54,802 nt of DNA from an uncultured Spirochaetales bacterium (GCA_964485495.1 CAZAKE010000005.1:8798-63599), one strand, 5' to 3'. Positions 10,051 through 20,021 are shown, numbered from the stretch's first letter. Translations and numbers: made by a program. Notes: generated from the sequence alone by a model not told the origin.

Positions 10051-10722
10051 ATGAACCTTCTGCTCCTGGAGGACGACGACGGGATAGCCGAATTCGTCGA
10101 GAAGGGGTTGCGGGAGGCGGGGTTCGCCGTCGAGAGGGTCGGGAGTGCCGAGGACGCACTTCCGCTCTGTTCGGAAGGCGGCTTCGATGTCGCCGTCGTC
10201 GATATCATGCTGCCGGGGATGGACGGTCTCACCTTCATTGAGACCATCCGGCGTCATGGGGTCTCGATGCCGATCCTCATCCTGAGTGCCCGGCAGACGG
10301 TTGACGACAGGGTGAAGGGCCTTCGGGCGGGCGGCGACGACTATCTTACCAAGCCGTTCGCGTTTACCGAGCTCCTCGCCAGAATACAGGCCCTCCTCCG
10401 CAGATCCGGCGGCGTGGTATCGGCAACGACACTGTCCGCGGACGACCTTACGGTGGACCTGCTGACGCGAGAGGTCACCCGGAACGGAAAGCCGATCGAA
10501 CTCCAACCCCGGGAGTTCTCGCTGCTCGAATACCTGCTCAGGAACAAGGGGCAGGTTCTGCCCAAGACCATGATCATGGAGCACGTCTGGGGGTACGATT
10601 TCGATCCACAGACCAACGTCGTCGACGTGCTGGTCTCCAGACTCCGCTCGAAGATCGATCGGGGATTCGAGAAGAAGCTGATCCAAACCGTACGCGGCGT
10701 CGGCTACGCCCTCAAAGGGTGA
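10051..10722 (+). CDS. OmpR-family winged-helix response regulator
   Basis: MNLLLLEDDDGIAEF...VAVVDIMLPGMDG (REC). C-terminal trans_reg_C LTxREFSLLEYLLRNKGQVLPKTMIMEHVWGYDFDPQTNVVDVLVSRLRSKID. Confidence 0.9.
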   Translation: MNLLLLEDDDGIAEFVEKGLREAGFAVERVGSAEDALPLCSEGGFDVAVVDIMLPGMDGLTFIETIRRHGVSMPILILSARQTVDDRVKGLRAGGDDYLTKPFAFTELLARIQALLRRSGGVVSATTLSADDLTVDLLTREVTRNGKPIELQPREFSLLEYLLRNKGQVLPKTMIMEHVWGYDFDPQTNVVDVLVSRLRSKIDRGFEKKLIQTVRGVGYALKG

Positions 10723-12203
10723 GTGTTGTGAGAGTGGTTGCCGGGCCGTGTTGCCGAACCGCATCCGGGGGGGCTCCCCGTCCCTCTCCCCCACCCGGTG
10801 TGATCGGGAGATTCACCGGGAAGATCAGTATCCGTTTTGCCTTCGTGTTCACGCTGATGTTCCTCCTGTTTGCCCTGATCCTCTACTGGGGCACCTTTCT
10901 GACCCTTTACCGGGGATTGAGCCTCAACGATCACGAAGAACGACAGCTGCGGATGCTGCAGATCTGGGCCAGGTTCCAGGCGGGAGGGATCGGGCTCCTG
11001 CAGTTGGAGGCCGAGGCGAGCCGCATGGGCCTCGGCGAACAGCCCTACGCCTTCAGGGTCGCCGATTCGCGGAACAGGACGGTCCTGCTACGATATCCGG
11101 AACATTGGGCCGTCTTCGACTTCGACTCTCTGGAAAACGCCCCCAGAGGTCAGGGGCTGCTGGTGCTCTCGTCGCAGGACCGGGGATACGACCTCGAATT
11201 TGCACTCCTTCCTCTATCACAGGAGTATACCCTCCAGGTCGGCACCAGTACGGAGCATCGGGAACGGCTGTTGAAGGTATACAGGAAGAATTTCCTGCTC
11301 ATCGTCGCATTCCTCGTGCCCGTGTGTATCGGGCTGGGGATACTCCTGGCCTCCCGATCGGTTCGGGTCCTCAAGCAGGTCAACCTGGCGGTGGATCGGA
11401 TCATCGACACCGGTGACATGAGTGGACGAATTCCCACCCGCGGAACCGGAGACGAGTTGGACGAACTGGCGATGCGGTTCAATCGGATGCTCGATCGTAT
11501 CGAGACCCTCATCGCCGGAATGAAGGGAACCCTGGATACTGTGGCCCACGACCTCAGGACGCCCCTGGCCCGGTTTCGTGGCAACGCCGAACGTGCGCTC
11601 AAAGGCGGTGATGATGCGGAGTCCCTCGAGTCGGCCCTGGCGTCCGGCATGGAGGAATCGGATCATATCCTGCGGCTGCTGAATACGCTGATGGACATCA
11701 CGGCGGCGGAGACGGGGGTCATGCATCTCGACTCCCAGCCGCTGCGGCTGCGGCGCCTCGCGGAAGAGGTGATCGACGTCTATTCCTACGCCGCCGAGGA
11801 GCACGATGTGGCGCTGGAGCTGTCCGCGGGCGAAGATCCGACGGTTACCGGTGACCCTGTACGGCTCAGGCAGGCGGTTGGAAACCTGATCGACAACGCG
11901 GTGAAGTATTCGCCGGCGGGGTCGACGGTAACGGTGTCACTCGCGATAGACCGTGAGGAATCGAACGGCGTACTGCGGGTACGGGACCGGGGACCCGGGA
12001 TCACCGGGGATGATCTCCCTCACATCTGGGACCGCCTCTACCGCGGCAGCGGCGGTGCGAAGAACCCGGGGCTTGGCCTGGGGCTCAGCCTGGTCAAGGC
12101 GATCGTGGAGGCCCATGAAGGTACCGTCGAGGTCACCGATTCGAGTCCCGCCGGCACAGAGATAACCATGCTCCTGCCCTTGTCGAGTATTACAAAAATG
12201 TAA
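10719..12203 (+). CDS. sensor histidine kinase (2 TM, HAMP, HisKA, HATPase_c), partner of upstream OmpR-type regulator
   Basis: GTGA 4-nt overlap with the RR stop (translational coupling). HAMP then H-box VAHDLRTPLARFRG. N/G boxes NLIDNAVKYSP, DRGPGI, GLGLSLV. Exact start uncertain (GTG 10719, GTG 10800 or a later ATG). Confidence 0.85.
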   Translation: MSVVRVVAGPCCRTASGGAPRPSPPPGVIGRFTGKISIRFAFVFTLMFLLFALILYWGTFLTLYRGLSLNDHEERQLRMLQIWARFQAGGIGLLQLEAEASRMGLGEQPYAFRVADSRNRTVLLRYPEHWAVFDFDSLENAPRGQGLLVLSSQDRGYDLEFALLPLSQEYTLQVGTSTEHRERLLKVYRKNFLLIVAFLVPVCIGLGILLASRSVRVLKQVNLAVDRIIDTGDMSGRIPTRGTGDELDELAMRFNRMLDRIETLIAGMKGTLDTVAHDLRTPLARFRGNAERALKGGDDAESLESALASGMEESDHILRLLNTLMDITAAETGVMHLDSQPLRLRRLAEEVIDVYSYAAEEHDVALELSAGEDPTVTGDPVRLRQAVGNLIDNAVKYSPAGSTVTVSLAIDREESNGVLRVRDRGPGITGDDLPHIWDRLYRGSGGAKNPGLGLGLSLVKAIVEAHEGTVEVTDSSPAGTEITMLLPLSSITKM

Positions 12204-12301
12204 TATTCCCGCAAGGATACCGAAAGGTTCCTCTCCTATATTCTACATCGTAGAGGATACACGAAAGCAGGGCTGAAAGAGACAGCCCGAAGGAGGAATA
12301 G

Positions 12302-13819
12302 ATGGTACCTATACAGTTCAACAGAAAACGGAGCTCCGAGGAGGAGTATCCACGAACCAAGGCCCGTACGATCGGGCTGATTATACTCGGGTTCGCCCTG
12401 GCGGTGGCCGGCGGATTCTCGTTCGATCGGCTCGCACCGGCGCTCCACGCCGAGGAAACGACGGCGCCGTCGTTCATGCAAGGATTGGAATACTACCAGA
12501 ATTCGTTTCGGCAGGTGGCCAAGATGGCCCTGCCGGTGGTCGTCGAGGTGAACGTGGTAAATGTGGTACAGGCGCCCAACATGTCGAATCCGAAGTTCCC
12601 GTTCAACTTCTTCTTCAACCGGCCGGATGACGAGGAAGAGAGCCGTCCGGAGGGAGAGGCACCCAAACTGCGTCAGCAGGGCCTCGGTTCCGGCGTCATC
12701 ATCCGGAGAGACGGCAAGAGGGTATACGTGCTGACGAACGATCATGTCGTCGGTGAGGCCGACGAGATCAATGTCGGCCTCTATGACGGCAGGCAGTTTG
12801 ACGCGGAACTGGTCGGCAAAGACTCACGCGTGGACCTCGCGGTGGTCAGCTTCGAGACCAACGAAGATATTCCCGTGGCGACCCTCGGTGACTCCGAGAG
12901 CCTCGAGGTCGGAGACTGGGTCCTGGCCGTCGGCAATCCCCTGGGATTCGAATCAACCGTCACGTCCGGCATCGTCAGTGCCGTAGGGCGCAAGACCGCG
13001 GTCGGCCGGACGACCGGTTTCACCGACTACATCCAGACCGACGCGGCCATCAACCAGGGGAACTCCGGCGGCGCTCTCGTGAATATCTACGGCGAGGTAG
13101 TCGGAATCAATACCTGGATCGCCTCCAACAGCGGCGGCAACATGGGGCTCGGATTCGCCATCCCCATCAACAACGCCCGGAAGGTCATCGAGGACATCGT
13201 GACCAAGGGCAAGGTCGAGTATGGGTGGCTCGGAATCAACATGGGTGACCCGATACCCGGAATCGTCGAAGACATGGGCTTAGACGGAAAGAAGGGGGCG
13301 TTCGTCTACAGTGTATTCCAGGACTCACCCGCCTGGAAAGACGGGATTCTTCCGGGCGACCTGATCTTAGCGGTCAACAACGAGTCGATCGACGACTCCG
13401 ACGAGTTGTTACAGATCGTCGCCAGGCTGGAAGCCGGTCGTACATCGACCTTCAGACTCATCCGCGAAGGCAGAGAGATGACGGTGCGGGTAAAAACGAC
13501 CGCCCGTGAAGACGAGAATGAGATTCAGAAGCAAAATCGTCGCCTATGGCCCGGCATGACGGTCGTGGAGGTGACCAAGGAGATCCGGGATGAACTGGAC
13601 CTGCCCAGATCCGCGGAGGTTGTCATCGGCTATATCAGTGACGGCACCCCCGCACAGGCGGCGGGCCTGCGCTCGGGAGACGTGATCAAGGAGATCAACG
13701 GCAGTAAGGTTGACAGCGTGATGGCCTTCTACCGGTACATGAACGAACAGGGTGCGAAGGAACTCATGTTCCGGATTATCCGGCAGGACAACGAGTTCCT
13801 GATCGGATTGGTGAAATGA
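12302..13819 (+). CDS. degP: periplasmic serine endoprotease DegP/HtrA (trypsin domain + 2 PDZ)
   Basis: GSGVIIR..VLTNDHVV (His). VGNPLGFESTVTSGIVSA. GNSGGALVN (Ser). Two PDZ-like segments. GAAGGAGG SD upstream of ATG 12302. Confidence 0.9.
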   Translation: MVPIQFNRKRSSEEEYPRTKARTIGLIILGFALAVAGGFSFDRLAPALHAEETTAPSFMQGLEYYQNSFRQVAKMALPVVVEVNVVNVVQAPNMSNPKFPFNFFFNRPDDEEESRPEGEAPKLRQQGLGSGVIIRRDGKRVYVLTNDHVVGEADEINVGLYDGRQFDAELVGKDSRVDLAVVSFETNEDIPVATLGDSESLEVGDWVLAVGNPLGFESTVTSGIVSAVGRKTAVGRTTGFTDYIQTDAAINQGNSGGALVNIYGEVVGINTWIASNSGGNMGLGFAIPINNARKVIEDIVTKGKVEYGWLGINMGDPIPGIVEDMGLDGKKGAFVYSVFQDSPAWKDGILPGDLILAVNNESIDDSDELLQIVARLEAGRTSTFRLIREGREMTVRVKTTAREDENEIQKQNRRLWPGMTVVEVTKEIRDELDLPRSAEVVIGYISDGTPAQAAGLRSGDVIKEINGSKVDSVMAFYRYMNEQGAKELMFRIIRQDNEFLIGLVK

Positions 13820-13841
13820 CACACGGTGTCTGAAAATCAAC

Positions 13842-13862
13842 AGGCCTGAAAGGGCCTTTTTC
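13842..13862 (+). terminator. putative rho-independent terminator after degP (short GC stem + T5)
   Basis: AGGCC-tgaaag-GGCCT followed by TTTTT, 23 nt after the degP stop. Confidence 0.4.
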
Positions 13863-13935
13863 ATAGACGGCGGCGGGCCGGTCCAAACGACTCGCCGTTC
13901 CGACCAAAACTTCTTCATTTTTTACCCCTCCTTTC

Positions 13936-13969
13936 CGCCCGGTCCGCGAGTGACCGGGCGGCTTTTTTC
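13936..13969 (+). terminator. strong rho-independent terminator-like hairpin
   Basis: Perfect 10-bp stem CCGCCCGGTC / GACCGGGCGG with 7-nt loop, followed by CTTTTTT. Lies 117 nt after degP; it may terminate degP read-through or an unannotated small transcript. Confidence 0.55.
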
Positions 13970-14155
13970 CCCAGAGTCTGCAGGAGACACAGAAAACCAT
14001 CCGAATCTCTTCGGATAGAATGACAAGAGAAATGAGTAGATAAGAGTAACAGGAAACCAATGCCGCGGTGTTTCAGAATACACAACCACCGCCGAAAACG
14101 GCCCGGCACACCGACGCCGCTGACGCCGTAATTCGGCTGAGAGAGGAGAGAGAGG

Positions 14156-15772
14156 ATGAAAAGACGATATATTGGCTTGCTCCTGGCGGCGGTCATGGTG
14201 CTCTGCGCCGGCGGCTGCGTATACTACCTCGGCGGGGACGACAGTTCCCCCCCCCCCCTCCCCATCCAGGGGGGGGGGAACGAATTTTCGGTCGGTCCCG
14301 ATGTCCCCACATACACCATTCAGGTCCCCCAGGGCTACGACTCGGTCACCGTCCAGGCCACACCGGCCGACGAGAACGCGGTCGTCTCGGGAATCGGCAC
14401 TCACGATTTGATCGGCGACCTGACGGTGGTGACCCTCCTCGTGGAGATGTACGAGAGGGTGTACAACGAGTACGGCGAAGAGGACCGGAGATTCACGACC
14501 GAGTACACCCTCCTGTTCTCCAAAGGATCAGAAGATTCGCTCGATGGGTCCGGGATGGATCCGGACGAATACGAGAGCGACGACACGCCGGAGACGGCCT
14601 CGATCTATGGCGACGAAAGCCAGCAGCACACGATCCACTCGCGGACCGATGTGGACTATATCGCCGTCGAGATGGTCGATTATCTCACCTACACCATCAT
14701 GCTCGAGTCTATCGACGGGTTCTACCCGGAACTCGCACTCATTCAGGACGACACGGTGCTGGAGTCGGTCACCCCGTTCCTCGACTCCTGGAACGAACAA
14801 CTCACCTACACGCCGGAGGCGGCGGGAACCCTCTACGTGAGGGTGAAATCCACCTACCAGGCCGAGTTGTTCGCCTCGTACACGCTGACGATCGGTACCG
14901 AAGTGATTCCCATGGAGGTTCCGGCGGGGTTGACCGCCACAGATGATGAGTACGACGATCGAATCGTCTTGCAGTGGGACGCCACGACGGACGCCATGTA
15001 TTATGAGGTCTACAGATCCACCAACGGTACCGACTTCACCTTCCTGGGAACCAGCGAGAGCGCATCATATGAGGACATCTCGTCGCCGGAGAACGGTCTC
15101 TCATCCGGCACCACCTATGCCTATAAGGTACGGGGCGTCAAGAATGAGGAGGCCAAGAGCGAATTCTCGGACCCCGATGACGGAAGCATCGCCGGACTCG
15201 GCGTGATCTCCGACCTGACAGCCACCGTCGTGAACGGGACCATCCGGCTCAGCTGGACCCTTCTCGCCGACGAGGCCGTCGCATACACCATCTATGCCGC
15301 GGAGGGCGCGGAGGGCGAATACGAACCGATCGGTACCGAGTCGGACCCGTTGACGGATCCGAACACCGGGATGGCTCTCTACGACGTGGAGTCGGCCCAG
15401 CCGGAGATCGAGTACCGCTTCAAGATCGTTCCGGAGAAGAGCGGGGCAACCGGAGAAGACTCCAACACCGCCGGCGCCACCATCCCCTTCGCCTCGTATA
15501 AACCGATTGCGCCCAACGCCACCAACAGTGTTGTTGAACAGATCAGGGTCACCTGGGAGGCGGTCGACGGGGCCACCGGCTACGAGCTCTACCGGGCGGA
15601 CGAAGGCATGCAGAATCCGATCCTGCTCGGAGAGTTCACCGTCGGCGAGACTTCCCACACCGACACCGACATCACCGTAGGAGTCTACTACAACTACGCC
15701 ATCGTCGCGGTGAAAGACGGAACCACATCGGACATGAGTTACTACGACAACGGGATCGCGGTTTCACAATAG
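14156..15772 (+). CDS. secreted lipoprotein with fibronectin type III-like repeats
   Basis: MKRRYIGLLLAAVMVLCAGGC (lipobox LCAGGC). Repeated FN3-like segments (EVYRSTNGTDFTFLGT...YAYKVRGV; GYELYRADEG). GAGAGG SD upstream. Contains the C12/G10 homopolymer pair. Confidence 0.75.
   Translation: MKRRYIGLLLAAVMVLCAGGCVYYLGGDDSSPPPLPIQGGGNEFSVGPDVPTYTIQVPQGYDSVTVQATPADENAVVSGIGTHDLIGDLTVVTLLVEMYERVYNEYGEEDRRFTTEYTLLFSKGSEDSLDGSGMDPDEYESDDTPETASIYGDESQQHTIHSRTDVDYIAVEMVDYLTYTIMLESIDGFYPELALIQDDTVLESVTPFLDSWNEQLTYTPEAAGTLYVRVKSTYQAELFASYTLTIGTEVIPMEVPAGLTATDDEYDDRIVLQWDATTDAMYYEVYRSTNGTDFTFLGTSESASYEDISSPENGLSSGTTYAYKVRGVKNEEAKSEFSDPDDGSIAGLGVISDLTATVVNGTIRLSWTLLADEAVAYTIYAAEGAEGEYEPIGTESDPLTDPNTGMALYDVESAQPEIEYRFKIVPEKSGATGEDSNTAGATIPFASYKPIAPNATNSVVEQIRVTWEAVDGATGYELYRADEGMQNPILLGEFTVGETSHTDTDITVGVYYNYAIVAVKDGTTSDMSYYDNGIAVSQ
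14247..14278. repeat. homopolymeric tracts C12 ... G10 forming an inverted repeat inside the lipoprotein gene, codons ~31-41
   Basis: Direct read: cccccccccccc tccccatcca gggggggggg. Encodes SSPPPLPIQGGG. Candidate slipped-strand phase-variation site. Confidence 0.8.
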
Positions 15773-15846
15773 CGAAAAGATGCGTTCCTGTTATTTCAGT
15801 CTCGGGGGCTGCTGCATAGTCTCTCCGTCAGTTCGTCTTTTTGGTG

Positions 15847-16632
15847 TTATCCTTCTGCAGTCCAGGAGGTAAGGATGGCGGAAACACAGTCATTGAAGGT
15901 TTTCGCCGAGTCCGGAGAGGAGAAGATCTGGTTTCCTCCGAACACCTGCACTCCCCAGCCCGGGTCTTGTGCCCTCGTAAGCTCCCTGAGACTGAAGGGA
16001 TAATCCAGATAGTCGAGAATGAGTTGCATCCGTCGGCTCTCGGGTATGAACTCCCGATCGTGAGACTTGATGATCTCGGAGAAGGTCTCGGCGTATTCTG
16101 CGATGCGGGTGATCTTTCTTTGGGTCCACTCACTCTGATATTGAGAGAGGATTCGCTCCGGGGTATCGGCATCCACACCGGTGGATTCACAGAAGTCGGC
16201 GATACAGTCATCGCAGAAGCAGCTCTCCTGCAAGTCCGGCTCCGGGGTCTCGAACCAACCGGCGCAGGTGAGGTAATCGAGCCATACCCCCGCCGGCCGG
16301 AAGGTCTCCATGCCCTTCCGTAACTCTTCGATCCGCTCTCGAACGAACCAATCTTTGGAGAGGCACACCCCCTGCACGAGCCGACCGTAGCGGATCGGCT
16401 CCCCGTCGCTTCCGATGGGAACCAGATCGGGATGCGCCGAGAAGTCGGCCCGGAAGGTCTTGTATTCGACACAGGGCGCCTTTCCCGTAGATTCGATCTT
16501 CTCGAACATCTGTTCGTTGAACCCGTGAAACCAGGCCGCATTGGCCGCGGAATCTCGGAAGCAGGGAATATTCTCATCGTCGATGCCGCCATACGGCCCG
16601 GCCAACGGCTCTCTCTGCATGTATCTCTCCAA
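15847..16632 (-). CDS. hypothetical cytoplasmic protein, Cys-rich (CFCDDCIADFC), no recognisable family
   Basis: 261-aa ORF not explained by a gene on the opposite strand. Typical codon use. Start could also be MQREPLAG (16620). Confidence 0.45.
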   Translation of the reverse strand: MERYMQREPLAGPYGGIDDENIPCFRDSAANAAWFHGFNEQMFEKIESTGKAPCVEYKTFRADFSAHPDLVPIGSDGEPIRYGRLVQGVCLSKDWFVRERIEELRKGMETFRPAGVWLDYLTCAGWFETPEPDLQESCFCDDCIADFCESTGVDADTPERILSQYQSEWTQRKITRIAEYAETFSEIIKSHDREFIPESRRMQLILDYLDYPFSLRELTRAQDPGWGVQVFGGNQIFSSPDSAKTFNDCVSAILTSWTAEG

Positions 16633-16703
16633 TTGGTGTACTTGTAAATAGTTGGTATTCTACAGAAAGATTGAGCGAAGATTGATCACCGGCGAATCAA
16701 GAA

Positions 16704-16735
16704 AGGCCTGCGTCCGGAGGGAGGCAGGCCTTTTT
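16704..16735. terminator. hairpin terminator downstream of secF, potentially bidirectional
   Basis: GGCCTGC-N12-GCAGGCC then TTTTT on + strand. On the - strand it is followed by a U-rich TTTCTTGATT. Lies 30 nt after the secF stop. Confidence 0.5.
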
Positions 16736-16764
16736 GCTGTCGGTTTTGCGTTCGGCGGCGCTCG

Positions 16765-18123
16765 CTAATTCTTCTTTTTCTGCTTCTGCCGCTTTCCCTT
16801 GAGTTTCCGTTCGGCCTTGGGAATTTTTACCGGCTTCGCAGGAGCACTCTCCTCGTCGGTCTTCTCCGGAAGCGAAGCCGCTGCCTGAGTGTCTGTACTC
16901 ACTGCAGCCGGCTTTCCTTCAACCTTCCTGCCGCCCCTTCGCTTTCTCGCCGATGTCACCCAGGCGTGAAGCACGGGAGATGCGATGAAGATCGACGAAT
17001 AGGTACCGACGATGATACCGACCATCAGATTCAATGCAAACATTTTGATCGGCCCGGAACCGAAGACGTAGAGGGCCATTACCGCCAGCATCGTCGTCAG
17101 CGAGGTGATTAAGGTCCGGCTCAACGATTGGGTGATACTCTGATTGACCACATCGGTGAACTTGGTGTCCCGCATCAGCGCCGTATTCTCACGGACACGA
17201 TCGAACACGACGATGGTGTCGTTCAGCGAATACCCGATGATAGTGAGAACCGCGGCCACTGTCGAGGTGGACACCTCGAGCTGAAACGTGCCGATGAAGC
17301 CCAACATGATCAGAACGTCATGCGCCAGGGCCGTAATAGCGGAAACCGCGTATGCCAGTCGGAACCGGAACCAGATGTATACCAGAATCAGTCCCAGTGC
17401 GAGCACCGTGAGGAGCACGGACTGCTGTCCAAGATTCCTCGAGAACCTCGGTCCGACATAGTCGGACTGCTTGATGACAACCTGATTAGCACCGAATTCG
17501 GCTTCCAGCAGCTTCTCAACCTGCGTCTCGAGATAGTCCTTGTTTTGTCCCTCCGGGTCCTCGAACCGCACCAGGAACTCCTGCTCGTACTCCTGTCCGA
17601 CTACCTGAATCTGCGGAGATCCCAAGGAATCGAGTGCGGTTCGGACCTGGTCGATCCCGATATATCTCCCCCGGCCCTCCGGCTCCACCGCATTCAGTAC
17701 TTCCGTGGAATCGGAGATCGTGATAGGGAAGTTGAGTCCGGCAACCAGGTTCCGCGAGGAGATCTCACCGGCGAGCTGAAGTTCCACCAACAGCCCCGGG
17801 ACGGTATCGAACGCCGAATCGAGAGACCTGAGTGTGGGGTAGCGGGAGAAGGGAAACTCGAAGGTCTGCACCCCCTGGTCACCCCGAATCTCCATGGCAA
17901 CCGCCTGATTCCTGATGTCCAGCGAGGCGGTACCATTGCCCTCGAATGTGAAGCTGAACGCGATAGGGGCGACCTGTACACGTTGACTCAATCCGGCGAG
18001 GTAGTCGATACCGAGATTGAAGCCGCCCTGGACGAAAATTCCCGTAATTCCCCCCGCGATCAGAACGACCGACAGGACGAACATGATGTATCGCAGCCGT
18101 ATGAAGTTGGCAACCCTCTTCAT
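16765..18123 (-). CDS. secF: protein translocase subunit SecF (with Lys-rich C-terminal tail)
   Basis: Six-TM SecF architecture with periplasmic loop and conserved SecD/F C-terminal TM block (LNDTIVVFDRVREN...). Directly downstream of secD with a 1-nt overlap. Confidence 0.88.
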   Translation of the reverse strand: MKRVANFIRLRYIMFVLSVVLIAGGITGIFVQGGFNLGIDYLAGLSQRVQVAPIAFSFTFEGNGTASLDIRNQAVAMEIRGDQGVQTFEFPFSRYPTLRSLDSAFDTVPGLLVELQLAGEISSRNLVAGLNFPITISDSTEVLNAVEPEGRGRYIGIDQVRTALDSLGSPQIQVVGQEYEQEFLVRFEDPEGQNKDYLETQVEKLLEAEFGANQVVIKQSDYVGPRFSRNLGQQSVLLTVLALGLILVYIWFRFRLAYAVSAITALAHDVLIMLGFIGTFQLEVSTSTVAAVLTIIGYSLNDTIVVFDRVRENTALMRDTKFTDVVNQSITQSLSRTLITSLTTMLAVMALYVFGSGPIKMFALNLMVGIIVGTYSSIFIASPVLHAWVTSARKRRGGRKVEGKPAAVSTDTQAAASLPEKTDEESAPAKPVKIPKAERKLKGKRQKQKKKN

Positions 18124-19859
18124 TATATCCTCCAGCCGATGCTCAGTTTTTTCATCCGCAGTGTCTCAATCCCAAAGTCGAACATGAGCCTAGACACGAA
18201 GAGCGCAGTAAACATGGATGAGACGATACCGACGGCCAGCGTGTTGGCGAACCCCTGAATCGGTCCCGACCCCACCTGCGAGAGGACGAGGGCGGCGATG
18301 AAGGTGGTAATATTCGCGTCCATGACCGTCCAGAAGGCCTTTCTGAATCCGGCCTTTACGGAGGCATCCGGAGATTTCCCGAGCCGGTACTCCTCCTTGA
18401 TCCGCTCGAATATGATGACGTTGGCATCCACCGCCATACCCACCGTCAGGATCAATCCGGCGATACTCGTCAGCGTGAGTGTCAGATTGAATGCCGAGAG
18501 GATAGCGACGATTAAAACAAGGTTCAGCATCAACGCAACGTCGGCGGCGATACCGGCACCCTTGTAATAGGCAAGCATGAAGGCGATTACCAGAAGTCCT
18601 CCGAGGCTGATGGCCCTGAGTCCCTCCTGAATCGAATCTTCGCCGAGGGAGGCTCCCACCGCCTGCTGATTCGCAACCTTAAGATCCACCGGCATGGCCG
18701 CCGTACGCAGCACGAGTGCGAGGTTGGTGGCCTCCAGTCGGTCGAAACCGGTCATCTGAACCCGTTCCCTAATTGGCCCGGAGATCCGTGCTCCGGCCTT
18801 TACCTTATCGTCCAGCACGATAGCCAGATTGTTGTCCACGTTCGCGGAGGTAAACTGGAAAAATATCTCTCCGCCCTCTCTGTCGAGGGTGAAGTTGATT
18901 ACCGGCTTTCCCGTAATCGGGTGCGTTCCCACCGTGGCTTCCCGAATGTGGGTCCCGTCGAGAGCTACCTCCTCGTAGATGATCAACGGCCGAATCAGCT
19001 GGTCTATGCCGTACTCATCCTTCTGGTAGAATCCCCGGGCGACCCGACCCGCTTCCAGCCAGTCCGGCTGGGCCAATCGGCCGTTGTCGTCGTACAGTTC
19101 ACCGGGGTTCGATGCGAGGTAGTCCTGCAACCGCCCGGTGGCCTCCATGTCTTCCTTATGGAAATTGAGAGAACCCTTTCCCATAAGAAAGGCGTTGACG
19201 CGCTCCGGATCCGCGGCACCGGGTATTTCGATAGAGATCTGATCGGTTCCGGCCCTGCGTATGGAAGGCTCAAAGACGCCGAACCTATCGATCCGGTTGG
19301 TGAGGATCTCCATGGCTCTGTCGATGGCTTGGTTGGCGTCATCTTGGGTGGGGGAGTGACCGAGCCGTTCCTCGAGACTCTCGATATCGGCCTGCAGTAG
19401 GATGCTCATCCCACCGGAGAGGTCCAAACCCAACTGCAGGATCTTCCCGCTCCGATCCTTAAGATCGAGGAGCTCCTCCCTGTAGTAGGACTCGAGCGCC
19501 TCGAAAGCCTCAGTTTCAGACGAGAAACTGGCCAGCACGGCGGCAACCGTCCACTCTGTCGGCAGCTTTTTCTCGTCGAGTTTATAGTTCTCTTTCGCCA
19601 AGCCGGTCAGAAAAGACAAATCCGCGGGAAGAGGAGCCACCTCGTCGGTTCCGGCGTCTTGGGAGGCGATCTTCTTCAGCTGTGCGATGTCTTCGGCGGC
19701 CTTACGCCTAGAATACGCCCGAATCTGTTCGCGGGAACCTGCGGCCAACTCCTTCTTGCTCTCAGGAACGAGAAAATACCATTCGAATGAGGGATACAGG
19801 AACGCCCCGCAGATTATCAGGACGAAGATGACGATTATCAATCGTACGCGTTTACTCAT
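18123..19859 (-). CDS. secD: protein translocase subunit SecD
   Basis: MSKRVRLIIVIFVLIICGAFLYP. Large periplasmic domain. C-terminal TM block GLDLSGG...AGIAADVALMLNLVLIVAILS...TLTSIAGLILTVGMAVDANVIIFERIKEE. Confidence 0.9.
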   Translation of the reverse strand: MSKRVRLIIVIFVLIICGAFLYPSFEWYFLVPESKKELAAGSREQIRAYSRRKAAEDIAQLKKIASQDAGTDEVAPLPADLSFLTGLAKENYKLDEKKLPTEWTVAAVLASFSSETEAFEALESYYREELLDLKDRSGKILQLGLDLSGGMSILLQADIESLEERLGHSPTQDDANQAIDRAMEILTNRIDRFGVFEPSIRRAGTDQISIEIPGAADPERVNAFLMGKGSLNFHKEDMEATGRLQDYLASNPGELYDDNGRLAQPDWLEAGRVARGFYQKDEYGIDQLIRPLIIYEEVALDGTHIREATVGTHPITGKPVINFTLDREGGEIFFQFTSANVDNNLAIVLDDKVKAGARISGPIRERVQMTGFDRLEATNLALVLRTAAMPVDLKVANQQAVGASLGEDSIQEGLRAISLGGLLVIAFMLAYYKGAGIAADVALMLNLVLIVAILSAFNLTLTLTSIAGLILTVGMAVDANVIIFERIKEEYRLGKSPDASVKAGFRKAFWTVMDANITTFIAALVLSQVGSGPIQGFANTLAVGIVSSMFTALFVSRLMFDFGIETLRMKKLSIGWRI

Positions 19860-20021
19860 ACGGATACCTCTGTTCGTGTATAAATGGAAGCGCGCTTGTA
19901 CAAATACTTACCGTATTTCTGACAGGATGATTTGCCGTTGGATGGTGTGTATCCCGGCGTGTTATCTTCCCCGAGTTATCTGTGCAGCGGTGGGCGAGAA
20001 GGGCCCGAAAATCCTGCTCGT

